A stretch of DNA of 63,889 nucleotides, filler included, from Octopus bimaculoides (Eukaryota): the NCBI RefSeq assembly GCF_001194135.2. It is 6 parts of 6 records of this genome, joined end to end, with 100 filler letters (N's around TTAATTAATTAA, not from the genome) between each part and the next. Parts side by side here need not be neighbours in the genome. Positions count along the whole stretch, not along the records: positions 22,355 to 26,511 come from NC_068983.1; positions 26,612 to 44,606 come from NC_068984.1; 4 more parts are not named here. One strand, written 5' to 3'. This document shows positions 26,125 through 37,470 of this stretch, in pieces. The position numbers were made by a program, and so were the translations under genes. Under the pieces are notes generated by a model. That model ran no database searches, was not told the origin of the DNA, and saw only the letters and a list, made by a program, of their open reading frames with translations. How positions within the stretch are numbered: position 1 is the stretch's first letter; each line of letters begins with the position of its first letter.

Positions 26125-26265
26125 CAAAAGACGAAGACAGGTGAATGAAAAACAAGCAAGTGTATTTGTTTGACGCTTGGGGAGAATTGAAAAGTCTTTC
26201 ACGTTTCGAGCCTATGCTCTTCAACAGAAAGGAATAAGAGAAAATAAACAGAGAGAGATTAAAAA
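26125..26265 (-). repeat. Interspersed Penelope-tail-like repeat with variant hammerhead-like core (copy 1 of 3)
   Basis: Minus strand reads ctgttga-a-gagc-atag-gctc-gaaa-cgt. Homologous to 53470-53610 and 63280-63430. Confidence 0.6.
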
Positions 26266-26611
26266 ACAACATCTTGAGTCCAGTGGTCCAAAATTTGAAC
26301 TTTATATTATACGCTTATGTGGTTAACTCAGTTTGATCCTGACTGTACATCCCACACTCTTGGACTTGCATATCTTAACCACTTCCAGACCTTTAAGCAC
26401 CTCTCCTCATCTACATACCAGCACTCCACTCAGATTACCGTTGCAGCTTTGTACTCTTTTGAACTCTACCTTCACAGATCTCACTGGCTATTTTTGTTCA
26501 TATATATATATNNNNNNNNNNNNNNNNNNNNNNNNNNNNNNNNNNNNNNNNNNNNTTAATTAATTAANNNNNNNNNNNNNNNNNNNNNNNNNNNNNNNNN
26601 NNNNNNNNNNN

Positions 26612-26652
<41 letters not shown>

Positions 26653-26757
26653 ATAATCTTATATTTTATTTTATGCTTTTGCATTTTGTGATTATGTATG
26701 TAGAGCATACCCGAATGCGTTTAAAACTGTATCTTACCGTTTCATATCCATCAGTGG

Positions 26758-26957
26758 AAACCGAAACGTTAAAAGGTGGCGATCTTCAGACTTTTAAGAC
26801 AGAGAAATTAGCTGCACCGGTTGAAAGTGAAAGAAAAACTAAAGATTGCTATAGTCTGTATATATGTACCTATCTATATGCATTAGCTACAGTCGTGTGT
26901 AACTTGACCATTTCCACCTTTAGCAGATTAGAAATAACTTTTTCATTGGATAAGGCG
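26758..26957 (+). repeat. ~200-bp repeat, left member of an inverted pair
   Basis: About 85% identical to the reverse complement of 27935-28132. Flanked by the direct repeat TATCCATCAGT at 26745 and 26958. Confidence 0.85.
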
Positions 26958-26974
26958 TATCCATCAGTTGGAAA

Positions 26975-27500
26975 GGTGCTGTGAGCTGGCTGAATCGTTA
27001 GTGTCGTAAAACATACTTTGTTATAATCCTTTCGATTTAGAGTTCAAATCCTATCGATGTCATTTTTATTTTTTCCATTAACAAATGAAGGCCGCGAGCC
27101 GGCAAAATCGTTAGGGCGTGGGATGAAATGTGAAGCGGCATTTCTTCCGGTTTTTTACGTTCTAAGTTCAAATCTCACCGTGGTCAACTTTACCTTTCAT
27201 TTCTCCGAGGTACATAAAAGCAAATACCAATCAAGTACTGGGGTCGATGATATCGACTAACCCACTACCAAATTTGGTATTGTGCCAAAATTTGAAATAG
27301 CTAGCGCATCGAACAAAATGCTTAGCGGTATTTCTTCTGATTCTTTACGTTCTGAAGTCAAACCCCACAGAGGTCTATTTTACCTTTCATCTTTCCAGGC
27401 TCGATAGAATAAAGTACCAGTCAAATACTGTGGTCGAGGGTATTGACTAAACTCCATCACCTAAAAATTGTTGGTCTTGTACCAAAATTTGAAACCATCA
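26975..27500 (+). mobile_element. Cluster of tandem/nested SINE family C copies
   Basis: Recurring gagctggc..aatcgttag, aaaatgcttagcggtattt, gagttcaaat, aaagtaccag..tactggggtcgat and ccaaaatttgaaa motifs. Confidence 0.8.
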
Positions 27501-27934
27501 TTAAATGAAGTGAGATAAACTGTAAAACACCAGGAGAACCCTTATCTAAAATCCCAGTTGTTCTGCATTAAATGCCCATGGCAAGATTATTAGATTTCGG
27601 TTGATTTTATATTGTGTGTAGCGCACCTACAAGAGTAAACTTCTGATGGTCTGAATTAGCATTAAATCTTGCTGAAGATCATTCAAGCCATCTGCTTTTG
27701 TGAAAGACCTGAAAATCATCTCATATCATTCTTCTGTTGATGAAGCACTTTATCATGATGATGTCGGAGCAAAATGATAAGATACCGAATAGCTACTTCA
27801 TAAATCACAAGTTCAAATACAATACTCGATTTTTCTCTCTCTAGTTCACTTAATTTTACACAGCTCCAATGGGCATATTTAAAAAAAACAATATGTATAC
27901 AGCTTCTCCGGGAAAACTAGATGCGATCGTCTAG

Positions 27935-28132
27935 CGCCTTATCCAGTGGGAAAGTTATTTCTAAACTGCTGAATGTGGAAATTGCCAAGTTACACATGGC
28001 TGTAGGTAATGCATATAGGTAGGTACATATACACAGACTATTGCAATCAGTGTTTTTCTTTCACTTTCAACCATTGCAGTTTGTTTCTCTGTCTTAAAGT
28101 CCGAAGATTGTCACGTTTTATCGTTTCGGTTT
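27935..28132 (-). repeat. ~200-bp repeat, right member of the inverted pair
   Basis: Reverse complement aligns to 26758-26957. Confidence 0.85.
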
Positions 28133-30234
28133 TCAGGGGTTCAAATACCTTGAGAAACAGATTGGTTATCTCTGGGAATCAAATAAAATTCAATAAACAA
28201 TGGAAGTCGATGCAGTTAACTATTTTCCATTATTAAAGAAAGAAAATCAACGAAAAGACTGTAAAACCTAAACAAACAAACGGTTCTATAAAAGAAATGA
28301 ATCCTCATTCCTAAATTTATTTTGATTGTCAAATAAATATCAGATTAGTCAGAATCGATTTCTCGTCATTTTGAGCAGTATATATTAAATCGTGATTCCC
28401 TATCTAAAAGCATTCACCACGTAAATGAAAATAAACAGACAAGAATCGAAGCAATTCACTGGCAGATTAACTATATTGTAGTAACGCCGTGCGCATGCGT
28501 AGAATTAAACAACCAAGCGTTCCCGCTCAATTCATTTTCTTTCTTGCTGGCCAGCATAGAGCATGGACGTGTCAAGAAGTGTCTCTAACATTCGAACTCT
28601 GGAGACAGTCTCTTTACGTGTTAAGCTGTCTCTCTACATCTTTCGGACTTACGCTCGACAGCTCGCTCACACCTACATAACAACGTCCCAACAACAGAAG
28701 CTGTAACAAGAACTAAAGATGTATATATTTACCACCTGAATAAATGTTGTTTAAGTTGATAGTCTGGAGTTCAGCGTTCCGTTATATATTCTTATTTTAT
28801 AGTAGGAAAGTCAGGTATACAATCTAAAGATGTATAACCATCTTTCTACTTTAATATGCGTTTTTTAAAAATCTCAAAAACCGGGAAATCCTACTCAAAA
28901 TAATGGGTTTAAGAAGAGACAGTTGTACATACTAAGCAGATGAGATATTGCCTGACTTGGAAATTCATGATTTCATGATCATACTAGAGTTTCGTTCTAT
29001 TTCTGGGTTGTTGAAAATAGATATATTTCCATGGAGAAATCGGTAGAACTAACTATTCATTGACTTCATCACAACATATCAAGTATTTATCATTTCACAA
29101 ATGTATGGGATATTTAAAACGATGATCTCTTTATCAATAATACTGGTGAAAATTGTTGGGGCGGAAATTTAAATTGGTTAATGAAAATTAAGTCAGATGT
29201 TTTCACGGGTTCAAATCTATCTGTGAGTCCTTGTCGGTTGTAACATTATTTGAAAATAAACTGTCATATAATATTATTTTACATTAATGATGATGGTTTT
29301 ACTAATATCAAACCAATTTTCAATAAGTCAGAAATACAACGAAACTCTTGCTGTGATCATGAAGCCGAAACTTTTGAGTTATTCAATATTTTATCCACAC
29401 GACCAGTTCACACACACAGCCGTCTCTTTATAAACCCATTATTTGTGTAGCAGCTTCGGCTTCAGAATTATAGATTAATGGATAAAAATAGCCCAATAAT
29501 CCTCAACATTCTTTAATCTGAAAAGATTTGCTTGTCCAGTTCGTTGTTATTATTTGAATCCTATCAAATTAAATGCTATCATACTCCTTTCGATTGAAGT
29601 CGTATGTTTTCTAAAAGTTTGCTTGATCTTATACAACAAATGGACTATGTAAAAATTAATGATACTTTGAGCAGCTAACAATCAATAGCTTTCACTAGTA
29701 TCATTTATGTCTAACGGCAAAAAATTGCTTGTGGTATTTTCTTTTTGGCTATCTTTATGAATTTAAAAGACGATAGCTCGCTAGTGCCAACTTTTATTAA
29801 GCTTCAATTCCTGTCTATTTATATTTTATTTACTTGGTTTATTCTCTTCAGAGAGAGACAATCTTTTTCCCACCCTATTACAATCTAACACATTGTGCCA
29901 CCCACGGATTAATCTGTATGGAAATTGGTGATGATAATATATTTTCTATAAAGAGAATCCACAATTTATTAAAAAAAAAAACCATGATGAGTATCTGGCA
30001 TCTTTAATAAGATCAACTTTTTGTTGATTTTCCCCCTTAATTTCTGCAGCTAACCTAAAAACCTTTCGTATTGCTTTACTATTATCAATTAAACTTTTTC
30101 CATACGATTTTATTGACCGCGCGCATACGTACACAATTGATCAGTTAAAAATATATTAAAGAAAGCTGTCACTGCATTTCATTCGTGCTAAAGGTAGCAG
30201 TAGTCACTAACAATCAATGACTGGCGCACCTAGG

Positions 30235-30483
30235 TGACGTCACACAGGTAATGTAGGTAGATAACCACATTAAAAAATAAGTAGAACAGTCTAAAGGTGG
30301 TAAGCGACCACCTCGTAACAAAGAAGCTGAGGGGGGAGTTATATTGAAAAAAAAAAAAAAAAAAGGAAGAAGCAGTTTATTTACAGGAATACCTTTCCAT
30401 CCGTTACCATCACAATTGTTTTTATTTATCACAGCTTCGGGGTCTAACGTCAACTTCCGCTTATCGTCCACACTGCAACTGCC
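30235..30483 (+). promoter_or_regulatory. Candidate promoter/5'UTR of claudin-like exon A
   Basis: Perfect CRE TGACGTCA at 30235-30242, GTAAGC donor at 30300 and pyrimidine-rich acceptor ttatttatcacAG ending 30434 (possible 135-nt 5'UTR intron). Kozak-like GCCATG at the start codon. Confidence 0.3.
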
Positions 30484-30751
30484 ATGCCTGAGCGGAATTT
30501 CGCGAAGATCTTCTACTTAGCAGGTCTTACTGGGACGTTTCTAGCAGGATTGTTCAAAGTGATTTGTTTTTCCAGTTCACACTGGATCGATCGACATGAG
30601 GGTGGTGATCCAAATTTCATTAGTGCAGGTTTATGGGAAATATGTTATGATGGTTACAAAAGACCGGACTCTATGAGCGGCCAAAGCTACAAAGGATGTT
30701 ACTGGGTATTTTCAGACGAAGTAAGAGCTCTCCGGGATATTATATTGCCAT
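30484..30751 (+). CDS. Claudin-like (PMP22/EMP/claudin superfamily) coding exon A: N-terminus, TM1 and extracellular loop 1 (89 codons + 1 nt)
   Basis: MPERNFAKIFYLAGLTGTFLAGLFKVICFSSSHW...GLWEIC-x17-CYWVF...IILP shows the W-x14-GLW-x2-C..C signature. Ends CCA T|GTAAGT (phase 1). Confidence 0.88.
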
Positions 30752-31383
30752 GTAAGTACTTTATAAGCAATTATTTACTGGACATTTTTTGGTATGAAAT
30801 CATTACCTCCCTTACGTAAACAAGCTTTGAACTTTCATTATCGTGAGATGTTCGGTTTATCGCATGACTGCTTCCCAAGCTACAATCTGTTAATTCTTGT
30901 TATATTGATATCGATCTTAAATGCTGTTGACTCATTCACATTATTCTATCTTTTACTGGCGTAGTATCGGTTTGTGGTCAACAAAAGTATGTATTTGATT
31001 CAATTAGAACAAACTTCGATGTCTTTTATTTCTAAACTCACTTTTTAATAATCTTTTCACTTTTATTAAGAAACCAGACCAATTTTGTCTCCAAAGGATG
31101 GGAGTGTATCCATATCCATTTCAGGTCCTCTCAAGTTGATGATATCGATGTAGTTGATGTTCAACTTGAATTTCTGCCTGTTGATGTCTGCAGTCAAAAC
31201 ACACACACACACATAATTCTAGAGAGCAACCATTCTAGAGATGTCTTAGCAGTGCCTCTGGGCAAATTTAATGCATTGGACCTTATAGTATTTATTGACA
31301 GCAATTCACAACATGCATAGACCAGAATCAGATTTCTAGACCTGTGAGATCCCCAGGCAAATCAATGCACTGGGTCCTATAGT

Positions 31384-31548
31384 TAGGGCCTGCCTTAGGG
31401 TTGCTGGCGCCAGGTTAGCAGAACTTCGGTGCCCTTACAAGTATAGTTTTTTAAAACTTTCGCAAGGAGCTAAACTGAAAATGTAGACTAAAAAACATAT
31501 GACATCCTGGGCGACTGCCTGAGTTGCTGGTACCTTAAGTCAGCCCTG
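31384..31548. mobile_element. 165-bp hAT-type MITE
   Basis: Perfect 8-bp TSD CCTATAGT (31376-31383 and 31549-31556). Imperfect TIRs tagggcctgccttaggg / ccttaagtcagccctg. Confidence 0.85.
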
Positions 31549-32276
31549 CCTATAGTAGTAGTTAGTAGTAGTTACAGCATACATAGATCAGAATTGGGCC
31601 CCTAGACCTGTGAAACCCCTAGCAATTGCCCTGTGTGCCAATGTCTTAAGATGGTACTGGGTAAGAGTTTGGATGAAATACTTTGTAGGAGAAGCAGATA
31701 AATTTGAAAGAAGAGACAGAGGGAGTATGTATTATGCTGGTGGTGGTTGTAGTGTGTTGATGAATGAGGAGTTAACAACCAATTTCGAAGACATTTTTGG
31801 TTCAATGCAATCAAGAATAGTCTGATAAGTTTTAGATAATTGAACCTTGACTAATGTAATTCTAGCTGCTCGTGCAATCTGGCAGGTGATACCAATCAGT
31901 GGAATAAATTACATGATGGTAAGAAGAGGAGGTCTAACATCTTGCGCAGAGCTCTTTCTTGGGGAGACATGAAATATTCAAAAAAGTTACAGGATCCCAG
32001 TTTATTTATTCTTTAACAACCAGTAACCATTCCATCTCTGCAAACATATTCTGATGTAAGACTTTACTTCTTCCTCATGGCATACAATTTATTCTCATTA
32101 AGATGGTTTTGTGGAGAATTTGCTGGCTGCTTTCTCTACAAAACTGATAATGCTTCATTGCAGCCAGTAAGTTGCAATCATAACGCTTTTCTTGAAATAA
32201 AACAAAACAGAAAAACTGTAGAATATGAAGACACTAGTGATGGATTGAGATGGCAAATTGTATAAAAAAGAGATTT

Positions 32277-32433
32277 AGGCATGGCTGTGTGGTAAGAAGC
32301 TTGCTTCCCGATGACATGGTTTCAGGTTCAGTCCTACTGCTTGGCACTTTGGGCAAGTATCTTTTGCTATAGCCTTGGGCTGACCAAAGACTTTGTGAGT
32401 GGATTTGGTAGACAGAAACTGAAAGAAGTCTGT
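32277..32433 (+). mobile_element. SINE family A head
   Basis: ggcatggctgtgtggtaagaagcttgcttccc...ggttcagtcc...gacagaaactgaaagaag, followed by (AT)n. Confidence 0.85.
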
Positions 32434-32527
<94 letters not shown>

Positions 32528-32679
32528 CAACTTATGCGAAGACATGACCAACCATGGGAAATATGGCCGTTCTTGGAAACAGGTGAGGGTTGGCAAAAAG
32601 AAGGTCATCTAGTTGTAGAAAATCTACCTCAGTTAATCCTGCCTGGTCCAGGCAAGCATGGAAAACCTCCTCCTCCTCC

Positions 32680-32900
32680 TCATTATCATCATCACTGTCT
32701 GTTTTCCATGCAGGCATGGGTTGTATAGTTTGACAGGAGCTAGCAAGTCAGAGAACTGCACCAGGCTCCATTGTGTCCAGTTTAGGCACGGTGTCCTGTG
32801 GCTGGATTCTCTTCCTAACGCCATTCTCTTACATTGCACCAGCTCCACTGCTTTACACATGGCACCAGCATGGCTGTTTTTGACTTGGCACCAGTACACA
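32680..32900 (+). mobile_element. SINE family B copy
   Basis: Family B body motifs after a (cct)n/(cat)n lead. Confidence 0.75.
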
Positions 32901-33044
32901 TAAAAAAGTGAACACTAAAATGGTGACAGTGATGAAATGCAAGTTTATTATTTCCCCACATGTGATGAAGACATCATTGAATAAAAGACTTCAGTCCTTA
33001 AATATTGGAAAAAAAATATGTGTATATTTTTCTTCGTGATTTTA

Positions 33045-33240
33045 GCACAAGGCCTGCAGTTTCGTTGTGTGGTGCCAAGTATTTTAACATCAAACCCAGT
33101 ACTTGAGTGGTATTTATTTTATCAACCTTGTAAGGATGAAAGGTAAAGTCAGCTTCAACAGAATTTGAACATAGATTGTAATTGGCGGAAAACCATTAAG
33201 CATTTTGTTTGATGTGGTAACAATTCTGCCATCTTGTCAC
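33045..33240 (-). mobile_element. SINE family C copy
   Basis: tagcacaaggcctgcag...agtacttgagtggtatttattttatcaacc...aaggtaaagtcagc...gaatttgaac, i.e. family C reversed. Confidence 0.7.
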
Positions 33241-33599
33241 TTTTGAATATGGATATATTTCATGCATGTTAATACAGATCTTTGCTTTCAGATTTAAACT
33301 TTATTTTCAGATCAATTCATTAACACAAGAAAAACCGAGTGAGTCAATTGATGCATTTTGAAATTTTAATTACACACAGTTCCAAAACTATTGTAGATTT
33401 CAACATCATGGTGCTTGACTTTTCATGCTATTATGATATTCTTAGACACTATATATCATAGGTTGCTTGCACCAACTGTAAAAAAAATAAATAAACCACT
33501 TCCTATAAGGATCACGTGTGCCAATTGATGCAATGGCAACTTTTGAAAACTTGCACCTGCTTTTTGTTTATAAATACATGTGACTGCATTTTAGATATT

Positions 33600-34230
33600 C
33601 AGTAATTGCTCACAAAAACAAACTGCAGTTTGGTCAGCGCAATTCATTACAACAGAAGGGAATTGCCAGAAGTAGTAGAACAGGTGAAACCAGTGCCTGA
33701 AACTGTGGTTTTGAAATCCACAGAAAAGCCTACTGTCACACTTATATCATACCAGTGTTAAAAATCAAAGTCTGTTGTTGTTTTGAGTATCTTGCATCAA
33801 CATGTAGAAGATCCTTCTGAAAACAACCTCAAAAAGAAGCCTGACACCATACTTCTTTTATAACAAGACTAAGGTAGGCGTAGACGTGATTGACCAAATC
33901 GCAAAGCTTTATTCAGTCAAGGCAAGCAGTAGACAATGGCCAGTGCACGTTTCTTTATGATATTTTGGATGTTGCTCTTAAAACAGCTGGGTAATATACA
34001 CGTGTTTGTAACTCAGTCATTAGTCGATGGGAACATATTGAAAACGTTGCAAAAGGAATTTGTGGTGATTCACCTTGCAGTCGTTCATGTAACTATCAAA
34101 CACCCTTTTGAGGAAAGCTCTACCTCTGGAAATAAAGTCAGATGTACATGGGTGAAAAACAAAATGCCGAAACAGAACCACAGAAATGTATGGAGTCTAT
34201 AAAAAAAAACCTGTGTATGTAAATGTATGT
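33600..34230 (+). mobile_element. piggyBac transposase relic (C-terminal catalytic part and Cys-rich tail)
   Basis: With frameshifts it reads SLVSAIHYNRRELPE...TVTLISYQC*KSKSVVVLSILH...KKKPDTIL/YNKTKVGVDVIDQIAKLYSVKASSRQWPVHV/YDILDVAL/NSWVIY, then KCRNRTTEM. Confidence 0.85.
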
Positions 34231-34399
34231 TAAAATGTTCTGATGGATGTTTAGAATTTCAATAAATTTCTTTTTATTTCGTAAGGATAAATTTCTTTCA
34301 AAATATCAAACAATTGTGACTAATATCATCGTGAAGTCATAAAATTCATTAGAGTCATACATTTAATAAAGGTTTTCCACTTCTCCTTTTCTTTTTTCC

Positions 34400-34872
34400 T
34401 TCATCATCATCATTGTCGTTGCTTTTCATGTTGGCATGGGTTGGACAGTTTAACTGAGGACTGGCAAGCCAGAAGCCTGTACCAGGCTCCAATCTGATCT
34501 GGCAGGCTTTCTACAGCTGGATGCCCTTCATAACACCAACCACTCCAAGAGTGTAGTGGGTGTTTTTTATGTGCCACCAGCATAGAGGTCAATCAGGTGG
34601 TACTGGCATTGACCACGCTCAAATGGTGATTTTTATGTGCCACCGGCATGGGAGCCATCAGGTGACACTATCAATGACCATGCTCGAATAGTGCTTTTGA
34701 CATGCGACCAGCACAGGGGCCAGTCAGGTGACACTGGCAACAACCACGCTTGAATGGTACTTTTTACGTGCCACCAGCATGAGAGCCAGTCAGGTGACAC
34801 TGGCAATGATCGCGCTCGAATAGTGCTTTTGACATGCCACCAGCACAGGGGCCAGTCAGGTGACACTGGCAG
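34400..34872 (+). mobile_element. SINE family B with ~4.5 internal 66-bp units
   Basis: Family B body plus repeated gccagtcaggtgacactggcaa...gctcgaat.gtgcttttg units. Confidence 0.85.
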
Positions 34873-35079
34873 AAAAACATCTTTGCATCAACTGATGCAT
34901 TCTGGTCCTTAAAGGTAGGTGAAAAATTCAGTCCTTCTAATGTTAAGAAGAATTATAAAGCTTTACTCATTAATAAATTAGTTACACTTACATTGAAGCC
35001 ATTTGTGTACGACACAAGTGTTGATGTTGTCTGGTATTATATTATTTTGATATTGCCTGATTTTATATCTCTTATATGT

Positions 35080-35412
35080 TACTTGTTTCAGTCAATTGAC
35101 TGTTGTCATGCTGGAGCACCACTTTGAAGGATTTGTCATTGAATGTATTGACCCCAGTACTTATTTTCTTACAAGCCTGGTACTTATTCTATTGGTTCCT
35201 TTTACTGAACTGCTAGGTTATGAGGATGTAAACACATGGTTGTGGACACACACACACACACAAGAGAATTCTTTCAGTTTCTGTCTACCGAATCCTCTGA
35301 CAAGGCATTGGTTGACCTGAGGTAATAGTAGAAGACACTCTCCCAAAGTGCCATGCTGTGAAACTGAACCCAGAACCATGTGGTTGGGAAGCAAACTTCT
35401 CACCACACAGCT
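35080..35412 (-). mobile_element. SINE family A, near full length
   Basis: acttgtttcagtcaattgactg..catgctggagcacc tail and reversed head ending cttctcaccacacagc. Confidence 0.85.
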
Positions 35413-36231
35413 CCACCTGTCCCTACACTGCTTGATATATTATTTCAAATAAATCAAAAAGTAGTTTGTTGCTCTTCCCAATAAATTGATCTCTAACTCT
35501 GCAAATGAAGCCCCAAATTTGTTCATAAAGGATTCTTTGAATTCAAAAAGTTTGTTGAATTTATTTATATGGAGAACACAATTATAAATATAAAAAATAT
35601 ATAACAAATGCAATAAAATAAATTAATATCCTCATTATGAAACAAAAGGACTTTTCTAGAAACTTTTTCAATTCAGGTTTCGGAGAAATGATATTGTTTC
35701 ATTTTTGTTACAGTTACATCAAAATTGGGCTATTTTGATGCCAGAGTAATTTGGATACAGTCTTCAGGGTCCAATTGATTACTCTGTTTTGTTTTTATGT
35801 TTCATTAGAGTGGAAAGTCCTTATTCGCAAAAATAGCTTGTTGCAAAAGGCAGCAACTCTTTGACTGCCCCCCCCCCCTCATGCCTGAAGAAAACTTTCT
35901 GTTTTAACACAAGGGATACATTTTTTTAGATAATTTTACTTATGTCTAATGAGTTCTCATTGCTCCAAGAATTTCATTCTTGCCCCACTTTTAGTTCAAT
36001 TTCTATGAAAATAATTTTCACATTTATTTTCTATATCAGATTATTGTTGAATAACTCTAGCCAACTCTTCTGAACTAAAGACTATGGTTATATAAAGGTA
36101 GCTTGTCAAATGAACAGGGCTAGTGTGACATTCCGAACATATGGCTGTTAAGGTTACTAAACAAAGGAGCTTGTGTGCAGTTACTTAACAAGCTACAAAT
36201 AATTATGAAATCTCCCATAATTTACATTCTA

Positions 36232-37470
36232 TTGGGTCATCCCATAAATAATGTGGTTTTGTCAATTGCATGAAATAAAAGTCAACTTGCAATAAAGGTA
36301 GGTAGTAATTTTACCTAGTATTTATTCTTAGTGCAAGTTGTGAAGAGTGCAGTTCGATTTTAACAGTTATTTTTTCAAAACTATAATGGAAGTTACAAAG
36401 GAGCATATTTGGCTTATTTTACTTTGAGTTCAATAAAGGCAACAACACAATAGAAAGTGTGAAGAATATTAATGCAGTATATGAGGATCGGACAATAAGT
36501 GTAAGCCAGTGTCAATGATGGTTCCAGAAGTTCCAAGCCAGAAACTACAAGCCTAGAAGATGAGCCTCATCCTTGAAGATCTATAGAGCTCAACGAGGAT
36601 GTCTTGCAAACTCTGGTGGAACAAAATCCCATTGTAACTCTTGAGGAACTAACAGGGAAGCTTGGATTTGGTCATTCAACCATTCATCAACACCTGCTTG
36701 CCATTGAAAAATCAGGTTCCTCACAAACGTTCCAAGTCTAATCGCATGCATAGAGTGAATATGTGTTCTACTTTGCTGTCACATCTCATGAATAAACCCT
36801 TTTCGGACTGGATAGTGACTGGTGACGAGAAATGGGTTATCTATAAAAATGTGAAGTACCAAAGACATTGGGTAGAGAAAGGAGAAACACTGGCACCCCA
36901 GGCTAAAGAAGGTCTTCATCCATGTAAAGTGTTGTTATCTGTTTGGTGGGATATGAAAGGTTTAGTCCACTTTGAACTTTTAAACCCAAACCAAATGATA
37001 ACAAAGGAGATCTACTGCGAGCAGTTTGAGCAGTCTAAGTCAGCACTAGAAGGAAAACCACCATCTTTGATTTCAAAATGAAAGGTGTCCTTCCATCAGG
37101 ATAATGCTTGGCCACATACAGTGAAGATGACAATCCAAAGGCTGAAGTAGTTTGAATGGGAAACTATGCCCCACCCACCATATTTGCCAGGCATTGCCCC
37201 TCCTGATTATCATTTATTCCGCAGTCTTCAAAATCATTTGGATGGAAAAAATATGAATTCTGTAGACGAGGTGAGAACAGTACTGGAGAAGTGTTTTTCA
37301 TGACGGACAAGTGGATTTTGGAAGAGGGGCCTTGCAAGTCTACCAGAAAGATGGAAGAGCATTGTAGAAAATGAAGTAGAGTATATTTTAGATTAAAAGA
37401 GAACTTTATCTTAATTTTGAAAAATAAAAGTAAAAAAAAAAACAACTGCATTATTTATGAGATGACCCAA
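36232..37470 (+). mobile_element. Full-length, defective mariner (DD34D), 1239 bp
   Basis: TA TSD on both sides; TIRs ttgggtcatcccataaataatg and its reverse complement match 21/22. ATG at 36386. Motifs IVTGDEKW, FHQDNAWPH and YLPGIAPPDYHLF with a 34-residue D-D spacer. Multiple stops and frameshifts. Confidence 0.95.

Noticed and set aside
28489-28680. ORF with IFFLAG resembling exon A's IFYLAG (possible third claudin exon)
   Set aside because: No TM1-length hydrophobic run, no W..GLW..C..C signature and no matching donor.
30848-30964. Hydrophobic 38-aa frame just after exon A as candidate TM2 exon
   Set aside because: No phase-compatible acceptor, no W/VQ motif, and it ends in a stop. Hydrophobicity is expected from T-rich DNA.
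32103-32166. AG...GTAAGT-bounded 64-nt block as candidate exon 2 for exon A
   Set aside because: The phase-compatible reading (YGFVENLLAAFSTKLIMLHCS) does not resemble claudin TM2 and the acceptor tract is weak. It remains worth checking in RNA-seq.
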